A DNA stretch of 62,933 nucleotides, the filler included, from Globobulimina sp. (taxonomy: Eukaryota), in the NCBI GenBank assembly GCA_003354225.1. It is 28 parts of 28 records of this genome, joined end to end, with 100 filler letters (N's around TTAATTAATTAA, not from the genome) between each part and the next. Parts side by side here need not be neighbours in the genome. Positions count along the whole stretch, not along the records: positions 22,524 to 24,675 come from PIVH01008604.1; positions 24,776 to 26,927 come from PIVH01008605.1; positions 27,028 to 29,179 come from PIVH01008606.1; positions 29,280 to 31,430 come from PIVH01008607.1; positions 31,531 to 33,681 come from PIVH01008608.1; positions 33,782 to 35,932 come from PIVH01008609.1; 22 more parts are not named here. One strand, given 5' to 3'. A program made the translations under genes and the position numbers. A model generated the notes under the pieces. That model saw nothing but the letters and a program-made list of their open reading frames with translations. It ran no database searches and was not told where the DNA came from. This document shows, one piece after another, positions 23,012-34,129 of the stretch (its first letter is position 1; every line of letters begins with the position of its first letter).

Positions 23012-24244
23012 TTAGGTACTTCCATAATAAGTCTCCTTATCCATTTCATAATAATTTGGCTGTTTTGTTTTGTTGGATCTTTTTTTCTTGAATATCCAAA
23101 TAAGAATAATAATTATTAGAATAATCAGAATAATGCCACCAAAGAACCAAACCAGTAACACAGCTTCAATGCTTTCTTCCTCTTTTAAATCATCAACATA
23201 TTGTTTCAAATAATGTGCCAACTGTGACTGGTCATTGTTATTTCCGATCCAATGCACATTTCTTAGCACATTTTGCAATGTTAAATTTGTTTCCATATTA
23301 TCAATGAATCCCTTTTCAAAATAGAAAAATTCAAATGTGGCATTATACATTGTTTTAGTGGCAAAGTTCTCAAATAAATGAATAGCATCATTTGAATCAA
23401 TATCAATATACCATTCATCCCAATCATTGTAACCATTTCTTTTCATGTTATTCCATAAATATTGCCGTGCATAACATGTTTCTGACAACGCCTTTAATCC
23501 AATTCGTTGTTGATGTGCATTGCTTACATTTGCTGACATTATAAATTGATACATTTTATTGACGAATGCTTCATTTTTATATAAATATCCAACAGATTCC
23601 AATATGCTCTCTCTTATCTCATCATTATTATTAATAAAAACCTCAATCATTTGTTGATAAATATTTTCATCATTCTGCATAGCACAAAAATAAAATGAGG
23701 CTTCAAAAACCTGTTGGACAATATTTGAATTTATCGATGAAATGTTCCTAATTTCAATTGCATTTTGTAACAAATTATAGCCATTTTCAATTACATTTTC
23801 ATTTTCAAAGCGAATGGATAACTCAATGATTCTCCATCGGATATTATTAATTGCATTTTGATCCTCATTATTTCCATTATTCCACACACCATTTTCACCG
23901 CCAATGGCATGCAACATTGCACTCAAAATATCCCGTCCAAATTCGTGAAAATTGTTCCTTAAATCAACTGTGGTCTCATTATCTTTATCGATAATATAAT
24001 ATTCGCATAATACGTTTTCCATAAAAAGCAATCCGTCATATAAGCGATCCCAAAAATAAAATATTGAATTTATTGAAATTATATCTGGTTTTATTATATA
24101 TGCAATCATTTCTAAATAAGTCACCGGCGATACATATCCGGATTGCATTAACTGCAAAGCATCGAATAATAAGGAATAGGACTCCCAGACAGATAATTTA
24201 TTGATTGACTGATACAACCATTTAAATGCTGCCTTACATTGCAA
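23012..24244 (-). CDS. M1 aminopeptidase ERAP1-like C-terminal domain with C-terminal TM anchor (catalytic domain absent)
   Basis: 'SLLFDALQLMQSGYVSPVTYLEMIAY', 'LQNVLRNVHWIGNN' and TM 'VLLVWFFGGIILIILIIIILIWIF'. Confidence 0.7.
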   Translation of the reverse strand: MQCKAAFKWLYQSINKLSVWESYSLLFDALQLMQSGYVSPVTYLEMIAYIIKPDIISINSIFYFWDRLYDGLLFMENVLCEYYIIDKDNETTVDLRNNFHEFGRDILSAMLHAIGGENGVWNNGNNEDQNAINNIRWRIIELSIRFENENVIENGYNLLQNAIEIRNISSINSNIVQQVFEASFYFCAMQNDENIYQQMIEVFINNNDEIRESILESVGYLYKNEAFVNKMYQFIMSANVSNAHQQRIGLKALSETCYARQYLWNNMKRNGYNDWDEWYIDIDSNDAIHLFENFATKTMYNATFEFFYFEKGFIDNMETNLTLQNVLRNVHWIGNNNDQSQLAHYLKQYVDDLKEEESIEAVLLVWFFGGIILIILIIIILIWIFKKKRSNKTKQPNYYEMDKETYYGST

Positions 24245-24283
24245 TACATTGGGTTAAAGTAATAAAATTCATCGCCATTTACT

Positions 24284-24631
24284 TTGTTTCGTGATATTTC
24301 AAAACTCATTCAAACTTTAAAAGAAACGCTTGAAACCACGTTAGTCGGCTTAAAGGATATTATCGCAAACGCAGTACAGGAGAAACTCAATACCGAAGCA
24401 AAAGCATCCGGTGACATAAAAACGCTGAAAACGCTTCTTAGGGATCTAGAACCACTACTAAAAAAACGAAAACCAAAACCAAGTAAAGAGATTATTGAGA
24501 AGATCAATCAGTTTTCTTGGTCAGAGGAGCATGTTGGTTTACTTAAGGATTTGAGTAAACAAATCGCAAAATCCAAGTTTAATGACGCTGGAAAAACAAT
24601 AGAAGAATTGTTCAAGCAATTGTCATCCTAA
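24284..24631 (+). CDS. Hypothetical helical protein fragment
   Basis: 115-codon K/E/L-rich ORF without an ATG start. Confidence 0.3.
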   Translation: MFRDISKLIQTLKETLETTLVGLKDIIANAVQEKLNTEAKASGDIKTLKTLLRDLEPLLKKRKPKPSKEIIEKINQFSWSEEHVGLLKDLSKQIAKSKFNDAGKTIEELFKQLSS

Positions 24632-25044
24632 GTTTGTTAAGCTGATGAACCATCGAAATGTATGCAATGAACTTGNNNNNNNNNNNNNNNNNNNNNNNNN
24701 NNNNNNNNNNNNNNNNNNNTTAATTAATTAANNNNNNNNNNNNNNNNNNNNNNNNNNNNNNNNNNNNNNNNNNNNCAAAAAAAGAGATTTTGCAGTTTTA
24801 CAGTGAAAACCTTGTTTATGTGGGGTTATTACTTGAGTGAAGCTTTAGTGCGACATGTCGTTCATGCTATGATCTCCAGACAGTATAAGTACTGTCATAT
24901 GTTGGGAACATACCATGATCACAGAAAATGGTGGTATTATGGTAAGAGAAAATGGCCATTTATTGTGATCGATTTTCGTTTGTGATTACTGTTCTGTGTG
25001 TTTTGTGTGTGCTAATATTTTCGTGTGTGTTACAATCAAAAAAA

Positions 25045-25931
25045 GACATATTTAACATTTATTACCATTTTCGATACCATCTACCCTTTTTTTTGTTGAA
25101 TTTGTAAAAATGTAAATATCTTGATTTCTCAAAAAGCTTCAAAACCGTAAAAAGTCCAATTTCTCTAAAACTTTAAAAACGCCATTCCTTCCAAACTATC
25201 CAAACAAGAAATTTCCATCAATTTGTATTTTGCCGAGTTTGCTGATTTTGCGTATTTGCTGATTTGCTGATTTTTAATACACAATGTTAACAAAACAACA
25301 TATTTTAGGCAATCATTCAATCCCCAATATCAAAGTGCAAACGCTTACATCCAATATGTCGGCGGTGTGTTAGAATTCACTGCACATATTAATCAATCAG
25401 TTATAAAATAAGCTATCCATTAGCCGGTGGCTTTTGTTTTTTATGGGCGCAATGATTTGATATTTATCAATAGCACAGCGTCTGGACATATAAATCGTGG
25501 ATTTAAATGCATCAATTTTGGTGGGACTACTGCTGCACCAACTATTGCACCAATAACATCACCAACAGATAGTCCTGTTACATCACCGACTGTTTCTGTG
25601 AATACACCGTCATCATCGCCTTCACATTCTGCACCAAGTAATTCACCGTCATATATTCCAACACAGGGTCCGTCAGCAACTGTACACTTACTATCATGAT
25701 ATTTCAGCGAATTCAATATTTCAGCGAATTCGAAAAATGCATAATTTGACTTTTAGATGAATTTGCTTTTTGAGCATAAAGTGACATTTAGAGAATTGAC
25801 AGTTTTTAAAGTTTTAGAGAAATTGGACTTTTTACTGTTTTGAAGCTTTTTGAGAAATCAAGATATGCAACAAAAAAAAGGGTAGATGCTATCGAAAATG
25901 GTAATATCGAAAATGGTAATACAAACATGTC
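25045..25931. mobile_element. Foldback/MULE-like element with ~120-bp terminal inverted repeats and a mucin-like insert
   Basis: 25060-25180 is the reverse complement of 25802-25921 apart from one indel block and a few mismatches. Inner TT(T/C)GCTGA motifs are inverted, and the interior encodes 'TAAPTIAPITSPTDSPVTSPT'. Confidence 0.7.
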
Positions 25932-25940
25932 ACAAAATTA

Positions 25941-26858
25941 TCATTTTAAAACACCAATGTATTCAACTACCACAGTTACCGCCGCATTCGTGTTCTTTAC
26001 GTTTTCATTATCTGTATTCCATGAGGTCTGTATAATTGTCATTGTTTTGGAATCATGTCTTCCCATTTCAATAAAATAGGTACTGTCCAATTCATCAATT
26101 TTCATCAAAAAAGTAAACGAATGTTGTTGTGGTGCGTTTCCGTGCGTATTGCCAGTTTTATTTGAACAGCCAACAACTTCTCCTTTGTCGCTTTTCACCC
26201 AAAAATGATTCCAGACATCATTTGCATTGTTACCAGCACGATGATTGATTGTTACTTTATACATTCCATTATATTTAAATCTCAGTCCGCCATTATTCAG
26301 ATCAATATTTTTATTATAAACAGCAGACTCTAAATCTAACTGTGTGAACTGACAATTATTATTTGCGGTAAATGCAGTAAATCGCAGAAATTGTCCAAAG
26401 GCAGTTCTACTAAAAATATGTTGCTTATGTTCCAAGTCAGATATTCTTTCTTTTAATTGAACATTTTCAGATTGTAAATCCATAACATGCTCCTCTAAAA
26501 TGTCCACTTTATCTCTTGCTTTTTGTTTCAATTCCAATGCTATTTTAATTGGGAAAAAGTCATCGGTTTTGATAACATTAATGTTTGCTGAATCCTCTGC
26601 TGTGTTTATCGAAAATTTTAATTGTTTATGTCCGTTTTTGGCCGTTTCAATAAATGCTTGAACATTATTCAAATCGCGTGATCGATCTGTGCCAAATCCT
26701 GCATTTTTTAATGCATTTTGATCAAATGAGGCATAGTACATTTTCTTGGTATTCTTGTCATGCAATGTTACCTCCAATCTATTATTAACAACTGATGTAC
26801 GCAATACATATTTTGGTTTGGAGCTTACTTTGCTATCTTTTTTCTCGTCTTCTGACAT
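25941..26858 (-). CDS. Head domain + coiled coil + C1q/TNF-like C-terminal beta-sandwich protein
   Basis: Intact 305-aa ORF; coiled coil 'DKVDILEEHVMDLQSENVQLKERISDLE'; 'GGLRFKYNGMYKVTIN' is C1q-like. Confidence 0.6.
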   Translation of the reverse strand: MSEDEKKDSKVSSKPKYVLRTSVVNNRLEVTLHDKNTKKMYYASFDQNALKNAGFGTDRSRDLNNVQAFIETAKNGHKQLKFSINTAEDSANINVIKTDDFFPIKIALELKQKARDKVDILEEHVMDLQSENVQLKERISDLEHKQHIFSRTAFGQFLRFTAFTANNNCQFTQLDLESAVYNKNIDLNNGGLRFKYNGMYKVTINHRAGNNANDVWNHFWVKSDKGEVVGCSNKTGNTHGNAPQQHSFTFLMKIDELDSTYFIEMGRHDSKTMTIIQTSWNTDNENVKNTNAAVTVVVEYIGVLK

Positions 26859-27027
26859 GATTCTAAATTAAACGCAAAAACCCCGCTCCTATTCTCAGAA
26901 GTGGGGTCTTTGCTAAAAATATACATTNNNNNNNNNNNNNNNNNNNNNNNNNNNNNNNNNNNNNNNNNNNNTTAATTAATTAANNNNNNNNNNNNNNNNN
27001 NNNNNNNNNNNNNNNNNNNNNNNNNNN

Positions 27028-27935
27028 TCATTTTATTATTTTATTTCAAACGTACGCGGCAATAATAATATTAATATTGCAAGGGAACGTAACGTACCTA
27101 ATAATTTCTTAAGATATGCGGCTTTATGCTGCGGGAACATGGCAGTTAACATTAATACCAATTCTTCCGTATCAAATGTATGATCATCGTCATTGTCACG
27201 AGTGGAGTCTGGTGGTTTGGTGCTTGAGAGGGTCGGAATGCGATGAATGAATTCGCATTGCTCCTCTTTTAGACAGGTATCGTTGAGCCAGAATTGGCAA
27301 ATTGCAGATGGCACTTCTCGGTCGTGATTATATCTGCATTTATCCGGATTCTCTTCGAATTGGCAGACGTTGGATAAGTGGTAGACGCAGATGGATTTAT
27401 CAAATTGGCCCGCAAATTGTGGCGATTTGATGATAGATAATATGGCTTGTTTGATGTTGCAAGCATTGCTTTTGAACATTGCTTCGAGTTTATCCGCGGA
27501 GATGGAAGGGAACAAAGCAATTAATTGTTGGAGTGTTGCTTTGCGCTGCCTTGAGATCAGTTGCTTTTGTCTTTCTTTTATTAGTTGCTGCTGTTGCATT
27601 AGTTTCTGGTTTTGTTGTTGTATCATTGGATTGTTTGGGAAATATTTGCTGTATGCATATGGATTTAGATTGGGGTCGTACAGCGCGTTGACATTGGCAT
27701 TGGCATTGTGGTATGGATGGTATATGGTTTGTGGTGGATATGGCTGATGCGGATATTGGTTATCATTATTGCTTTGATTGGGTAATTTAGGCGGTATCGC
27801 TTGCGTAGTGTTGTTGTTGTTATTTATGTTATTTGTGGGAGTACGTTGTTTCGAATTCTTTTCCATTGATGAATCTGTTTTTGGTTTAGATGCAAATGAT
27901 GGAACGAATTCTTGTGCATTCACATTTAAACTCAT
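27028..27935 (-). CDS. PAM2-CUE-CCCH zinc finger RNA-binding protein
   Basis: PAM2 'SLNVNAQEFVP'; CUE 'LIALFPSIS'; two CCCH fingers (CVYHLSNVC..C..H, CQFWLNDTC..C..H); start of a second CUE 'LTAMFP'. Confidence 0.8.
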
Positions 27936-28117
27936 AATGAAAAGAAAAGCGGTGCTTAATAATTGTGGCCCGGCTTAGACAGAAGCTATTATTTGATGAC
28001 CGTTTGTTGAGTGCAAGGAGAGAGGTTACACTGTCAAAAACTTTAGAAAAAAAAGCGTACGGAGTGCAAGGCTACGAATATCAATCTTAAAACGAGTGGC
28101 TAAAATTGCCTAAAAAA

Positions 28118-28681
28118 TCATGATTTTGCAAAATTGAAAGGTATGGTCATTTTCGCGACAATTTGTTCCTCGCCAATGCATTTTGTCAGTTGCGGTAAGG
28201 TGAGATATTCTTTTTTATTGTCAAGTTGTCCCTGTCCAGACTGAATTAATTGGCTCACAATTTGCGACAATTTTTGTGTTGGATATTGTTTGCCGACCAT
28301 TATTGTCATAACATAATATAAGTCCGACTCAGATATTTTACCATCGTTATCAACATCAAATATTTCGAATGCAAATCGCAGTTTTAATTGTTTTGGTGCT
28401 TTTGCTGAAAATATCCATAGTGTTCGCACAAAATCACGAAAATTAATTTGATTCGTCGAGCTTGCATCAAATAATTCGATTACGCGATTACACAATGGAT
28501 TTAATGACAATTCAGGGATTAATTGCATCTCGTTTTGAGTTAAAAATCCGGAGTGCGATCTGTCTAAATGATGGAATCTTTTGTATAATTTCTTAATTTC
28601 AGCTGGACTGAATTCTGAAATCGCGGGATCGCGAAGTTCCTCAATATCCTCTGGTGTCAAAGAAGAAGTTGCACCACCCAT
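28118..28681 (-). CDS. Calcineurin B/CHP-like EF-hand protein
   Basis: MGGATS myristoylation motif; 'EIKKLYKRFHHLDRSHSG', 'IPELSLNPL', 'KLRFAFEIFDVDNDGKIS'. Confidence 0.9.
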   Translation of the reverse strand: MGGATSSLTPEDIEELRDPAISEFSPAEIKKLYKRFHHLDRSHSGFLTQNEMQLIPELSLNPLCNRVIELFDASSTNQINFRDFVRTLWIFSAKAPKQLKLRFAFEIFDVDNDGKISESDLYYVMTIMVGKQYPTQKLSQIVSQLIQSGQGQLDNKKEYLTLPQLTKCIGEEQIVAKMTIPFNFAKS

Positions 28682-28729
28682 TATACAAAAACTGTTTTCT
28701 AAATCTAAGTTTTTGAACTAAACTTATTC

Positions 28730-29179
28730 ATGTCAGAGAATATGCCTTTTCAGAGAGTAAATCATATCAATATAACGATCAAAGCAACAGTATTTGGTTA
28801 TATCCGTCAATGTGAATTAGATTTGCCTCAACTCCCTGAATCTATTCAATTCACTATTTTATTATTTTATTATCAAAATTTTGAATCATCCATATTATCT
28901 GAACAAGAATGTGATAATTTATTTCAATTATTTAATGATGCAAAAAAATTTGCAGAATTGCATATAAATCCTTCATATCAACTCTTGTATTCATCAAATA
29001 TTGATGGAAGAGAAGAGCATATATTCAAAAATAAATGTCATAATCAAAAACATTTGCTATGTTTACTAGAAACAGAAGCTAACGATGTATTTGGTGGATA
29101 TACCTCGGTTGGGTGGACTGGTAAAAAAGATGCTGATCAGTATGATGATAAAGCATTTATTTTTCTTATAAGGTCAAGC
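28730..29179 (+). CDS. TLDc domain protein, 3'-partial
   Basis: 'LLYSSNIDG...FKNKCHN...VFGGYTSVGW...DDKAFIF'; N-terminal 'TVFGYIRQ' leader. Confidence 0.85.
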
Positions 29180-29405
29180 NNNNNNNNNNNNNNNNNNNNN
29201 NNNNNNNNNNNNNNNNNNNNNNNTTAATTAATTAANNNNNNNNNNNNNNNNNNNNNNNNNNNNNNNNNNNNNNNNNNNNGGAAGAGTTATTGTGTTTTAG
29301 ATTTATTAAAACTTACTCGACCCTCTACATTTTTAAATATCATAAATGGAATTTCCACATTTTTAAACTTACTCAAAAGTTTTTTTTTTGAAATCCAAGT
29401 AGATA

Positions 29406-31265
29406 ATGAGTGATAATGTTCCAGAGTTGAGTGATAATGAAGACGATGATAAGACAGAAGAAGGATATACAGGCGGAATAGCATATTTCTACGACCAATC
29501 TTTACCACCAACTTTTATAGAATCTATATTTGGCGAACCATATCATATCAATGATAAATATGCATCACACCAAATAACATGGCGATTAGTCTTCACCTTA
29601 ATGTCTGAATCCATTGTAACAGGCAGCATATTATGGTTTGAGATAGCTTACCGATATTATTTTATCTCTTTGTGGAGTGTCGGACCATCACAATTCACAC
29701 AAATATTATGTATCATTCAAATTCCATTCACAATCCGTATACTATATGGTTTATTAATTGATAGTGTCCCATTCTTCGGTTACCGGCGTAAATCCTATTT
29801 ATTTGTATTCGGCATCGCAGCAATAATATCTTCATTCGGTTTAATTTATTACAATGAGTCCTTTATACTGCAAATACTTTGTTTGTGTATCCGTTCCTTT
29901 GCCATTGCATTTTGCGACGTGATCATCGGAGCCATCACAGTGGAACGCTCCGAATACAAATCACATTCTGTGGCCATACGCTTGCAGTCATTGAATTACT
30001 TCTCAATGTATGTCGTATCCTGTATAGGTCTCCTATTTGCAGCCAAATTCGAAGAGTCGCAAGAAACCAACCAACTCGTCAACGTATACTGGATGCACTT
30101 TGCCATTTCATTTCTAATCATCATTGGCTCGCTGCTCTTAACTGAAAGAAAGGAAAAACACAACGTTAACAAAGATACAAACGTTAGTGTCGAAAATGAG
30201 AATGGAAATCAAATTAGAGACAAAGTCAAGTACGGCATGCTAAGTAATGTAGATATCGACGAAGATGTAACTGAGGAACAGCAATCACAAACAATTAATG
30301 TGAATACTAACAATTACCAACCAAAAGAATCCTACTCTGTGCAACAAATCTTATCCCTGACATTTGAAACATTTTGCAGGAAAATTGTGTTTTATCCGCT
30401 ATTATTTACCTTTTTAATCGCAGCACAACCGCGCACCAATCAGACCATCGATTATTATTTGATGTATGCTTTAAAATTCAATGCCAATGAAATTGGCTAT
30501 TTGCAAATTATATCCACCGCAGCATTTCTATTATCTGTGATCATCATTACCATTCACAGCAAATCGCAGAAGTTCTCGTTACGTTCGCTATTTTTTGTGT
30601 GGACGTTTATCGCGGCCGTGATCCCATATTGTTCGTTGGTTTTGATATTTGGAGTGAATGAAAGCATATTTCATATTGGCGACTTTGCGTTTGCTGCGAT
30701 AAGCACAATGTTGATACGCATCACTGTGGACATGTTATTGTTGGCCACTGCAGTGTTGTACGCAAGGATATGTCCCCCGGGAATCGAAGCTGTTTTTTTT
30801 ACGTTATTGACCTCGGTTGCTACCTTCGGTGAAGTTTCATCATATTTGCTCACCTCTTGCTTGATAAATATATTTGATATCCAATGTGCTAAAGTTGAGT
30901 ATAAAAGATTTTATGGTTTGACCGTTCATGATCCGCATATACATTCTGCCAATGATTTAGAATGCGATTTCCATAACTTATGGATATTTGTCATTGCAGT
31001 TAATTTGACTTCGCTAATACCGTTAATGTGGATATTCTGGATCCCAAACGAAAAGGAAATGAGATGTATTGCGATCACATTAAGCCAGGCTGCGAGCAGC
31101 AAATTGAAACATAACAAAAAGCGGCGTGTTGATACAAATGATATGATATTATTCTATTTTGTTTGTGTTGATTATTTGTTTCCTTTTTTTAATTGTGTTT
31201 GTTGTTGTTGTCGGAGAAAAATAAAATGTAACAATAATAAGAGCAGCAATCAATATATTTTATAA
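29406..31265 (+). CDS. Folate-biopterin transporter (BT1 family, MFS)
   Basis: 'LYGLLIDSVPFFGYRRKSYL', 'AFCDVIIGAITVER', 'ARICPPGIEAVFFTLLTS'; multiple TM segments. Confidence 0.9.
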   Translation: MSDNVPELSDNEDDDKTEEGYTGGIAYFYDQSLPPTFIESIFGEPYHINDKYASHQITWRLVFTLMSESIVTGSILWFEIAYRYYFISLWSVGPSQFTQILCIIQIPFTIRILYGLLIDSVPFFGYRRKSYLFVFGIAAIISSFGLIYYNESFILQILCLCIRSFAIAFCDVIIGAITVERSEYKSHSVAIRLQSLNYFSMYVVSCIGLLFAAKFEESQETNQLVNVYWMHFAISFLIIIGSLLLTERKEKHNVNKDTNVSVENENGNQIRDKVKYGMLSNVDIDEDVTEEQQSQTINVNTNNYQPKESYSVQQILSLTFETFCRKIVFYPLLFTFLIAAQPRTNQTIDYYLMYALKFNANEIGYLQIISTAAFLLSVIIITIHSKSQKFSLRSLFFVWTFIAAVIPYCSLVLIFGVNESIFHIGDFAFAAISTMLIRITVDMLLLATAVLYARICPPGIEAVFFTLLTSVATFGEVSSYLLTSCLINIFDIQCAKVEYKRFYGLTVHDPHIHSANDLECDFHNLWIFVIAVNLTSLIPLMWIFWIPNEKEMRCIAITLSQAASSKLKHNKKRRVDTNDMILFYFVCVDYLFPFFNCVCCCCRRKIKCNNNKSSNQYIL

Positions 31266-31617
31266 ATTATTATAGTGTTTGCTCTGCTTCTTTTTTTTTG
31301 TGTTTTCTATGTGTGTTTTTTTTCTTACTTTTTTTTTTATTAGTTTCTATCCATTTTTTTTTACTTTTATTTACTCTTTTTACTCTAAACAAAAAAATAA
31401 AAACAATTAAGTGTTAGTTTCCAGATCAAANNNNNNNNNNNNNNNNNNNNNNNNNNNNNNNNNNNNNNNNNNNNTTAATTAATTAANNNNNNNNNNNNNN
31501 NNNNNNNNNNNNNNNNNNNNNNNNNNNNNNTTGCTTGATAAATTTCTGTTCTTTTCAATGAGTTTAAATTAATGTGTGTATATAATATCGTCAAATATAA
31601 AAACAGAGACCAAACAG

Positions 31618-31910
31618 CATGTCAACCTTAACTTTATAAAATCTGCAATTCATGAAACTGATTGAAACTGTTGATTGAGCTGTCTATATTGCTCAAAACA
31701 ACAAAATATATTCTTCAATGCACATAACAAACAAAATAGAAACTTCAGATCAACTTTTTCAAAAAGTGAAAATTTGACAATTTCTAACTTTGTCAACTCG
31801 AAGAATTGAAGTCTTTCCTTTTAGAACCTATCTGATTGGCACAATACACACACAATACAACAACACAAAAGTCAAGCAAAATGACGAAAGAGTCAGTGTG
31901 GTCATCCCTA
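31618..31910 (-). mobile_element. hAT-like element end, copy 1 of a dispersed repeat
   Basis: Colinear 293-bp match to 51788-52080; terminus rc TAGGGATGACCACAC resembles the Ac/Ds TIR TAGGGATG. Confidence 0.8.
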
Positions 31911-31929
31911 GTTTCATGTTTGTTCCAAA

Positions 31930-33051
31930 ATGAAGGGATGGGCAATGGATGACAGCGCGTCAGATGACGATGATATCACAATGCTAATGATGCCGCCAGT
32001 CTGGGGATATTTAGTACGCATCGAGAGCTCCGGCAACCACTGCACACCATTTATTCTAACCAAACCAAACACCACCATCGGACGAAAAAAAAACAACGAC
32101 ATCACCTTAACCGATGCCACCATATCCTCCAATCATGCAGAGATCGAAATAGATTCTGCCAACAAACAAGCATTTATCATCGACCTCGCCTCCACCAATA
32201 AAACACGAGTCGGTCCTTTATTGCCCTCAGCAACACAAAGCAATAAAATCGTCAAAGCCAACCGTCAAATTATCTTAAAATCTGGCGATTATGCCACTTT
32301 TGGTGATGTACATTTTATATTTTATCATAAAGAGGATTATGATGAATATCAATCACAACAACAGATCGAAAAAGTTAAATCAATCTACACACAAAGAATT
32401 GCAAAAGGATTAAATTACATTTCCACTGAAAATAGCGCTGAAGATGGTGATGGTGATATTTTATATATTGAAATGAAAACAAATTGTTCATTATCACCAA
32501 TATTAGCATCGCGAGGGAAGAAAAATGCACTTTGTGGCAAGAAAAGAACAGTGCAACAACGAGATGAAGAAGAAGATCATAACGCACATAATTCCAATAC
32601 TAATTCATTTAAACCACCACCGGCAAAACGTCCGCGTCGCGGTCGAATTGCAAAACGATTGCAACAATCAGATGATGGAAATAACACAAATAAAAAGAAA
32701 AAATCACCGAATCGAAGAAAAAGGACTCATATTATACCATCATGCCCGCCAAACACACAATGTTCCAATAAAAGGACATTAATAAATGTGGATGAAAGCA
32801 GATTTAATTTGAGAGAGTCGTTTGAAAGAAAAGAGCCATTATTTGATGGATATAAGGTGTATTTTTCAAGTGAACATAAACGAAATGTAAAGAAAGCAAT
32901 TGGTGCAATGGCGCAGAGTCGTGGCACTGCATTGATGCATATGTCAAAGAGTTCAGCTAAGAATGAGATTGATGAAAATAGATATACGTATTGTTTAACT
33001 ATACTGTATATATTCATTTTTGTTTCTTTTTTAATATGGATGGACATGTAA
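31930..33051 (+). CDS. FHA-domain protein with possible C-terminal BRCT start
   Basis: FHA 'TTIGRKKNNDITLTDATISSNHAEI..DLASTNKT'; 'PLFDGYKVYF' is BRCT-like. The 3' end is probably intronic. Confidence 0.8.
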   Translation: MKGWAMDDSASDDDDITMLMMPPVWGYLVRIESSGNHCTPFILTKPNTTIGRKKNNDITLTDATISSNHAEIEIDSANKQAFIIDLASTNKTRVGPLLPSATQSNKIVKANRQIILKSGDYATFGDVHFIFYHKEDYDEYQSQQQIEKVKSIYTQRIAKGLNYISTENSAEDGDGDILYIEMKTNCSLSPILASRGKKNALCGKKRTVQQRDEEEDHNAHNSNTNSFKPPPAKRPRRGRIAKRLQQSDDGNNTNKKKKSPNRRKRTHIIPSCPPNTQCSNKRTLINVDESRFNLRESFERKEPLFDGYKVYFSSEHKRNVKKAIGAMAQSRGTALMHMSKSSAKNEIDENRYTYCLTILYIFIFVSFLIWMDM

Positions 33052-33208
33052 CTGTTATGGGAAGTGTTTTGACAGTGAGTGATTTTTCATGATCAGTTTA
33101 TACAAAATCTTTGATCAAAACTTGGCGTATGTTTGGATCACATAAAATAAGTTATACGCGTTCGTTGTACTTGTATAAAGCACATGTGAACAACAAACAT
33201 ATTTATCT

Positions 33209-33361
33209 ATATACAGTATACATATACAATACAATATACAACATAATTATATACAATAAACAGTTTTTACTGGGACATTTAAATTAAAGTTTTCAGACAC
33301 AAGTTGTTTTTGATGTATATTGTATACTGTATATTTTTATTTGTATATGTATACTGTATAT
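33209..33361. repeat. AT-rich inverted repeat (MITE-like)
   Basis: Perfect 21-bp IR ATATACAGTATACATATACAA (33209-33229) / 33341-33361, with further inner TATACA motifs. Confidence 0.65.
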
Positions 33362-33515
33362 TGATGTATAAGTATATTAGAGTTAGTGCATTTAAGTGAA
33401 AAGAAAGTAAAGTCGATAATTCAGTTGATTTTATCCGTCTACAATCAATTGACTATGCTCAACTAAGTGATTTTCGAGACCGTTACATTTCATGTCTCCA
33501 ATGTCTACACTTGTC

Positions 33516-33610
33516 TTTTAGATTGGCGATCCTAAATATGAATCTCATTAATGAATTTCGTATAAAAGTATCTACGACGAATCAAAAATCATATTTAGGA
33601 CAATCTAAAA
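33516..33610. repeat. Imperfect hairpin
   Basis: TTTTAGATTG(gcga)TCCTAAATATGA pairs with TCATATTTAGGACAATCTAAAA. Confidence 0.7.
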
Positions 33611-34129
33611 TCGACTCGTCCCGATTTACTTTTTTCAAGAATCGATATTTTTTAAAACAGTCCAAAAAGCAATGGATATGGNNNNNNNNNNNNNNNNNNN
33701 NNNNNNNNNNNNNNNNNNNNNNNNNTTAATTAATTAANNNNNNNNNNNNNNNNNNNNNNNNNNNNNNNNNNNNNNNNNNNNATACAAATATATTTGTGCT
33801 TAACTCTTCAAACTTTTCAATGTAAATTTAGTGCAAGGATATCGATATATGGATATGGAATAAAGTACGGGTAATAATTAAACAGTGTGCAGCTGCACAA
33901 TAATAAATAAAACGCTACGTTAATTATTATTTGTTCTTTTCGAGCACGCAAAATCGCATCACTAATTACTTTCTATTGTCATCAGCAACAGCACTAGGCT
34001 TTCTCTTTGATTTTTTAGTAATTAATTCTTGAACAGCTCTGTATGTTAAGCACAGCACATATATTTGTGTATGTGTTGGTTAGTTTATATCCATTAAACA
34101 TTTTGCAAAAACTACAGTGGCAATTTTTC

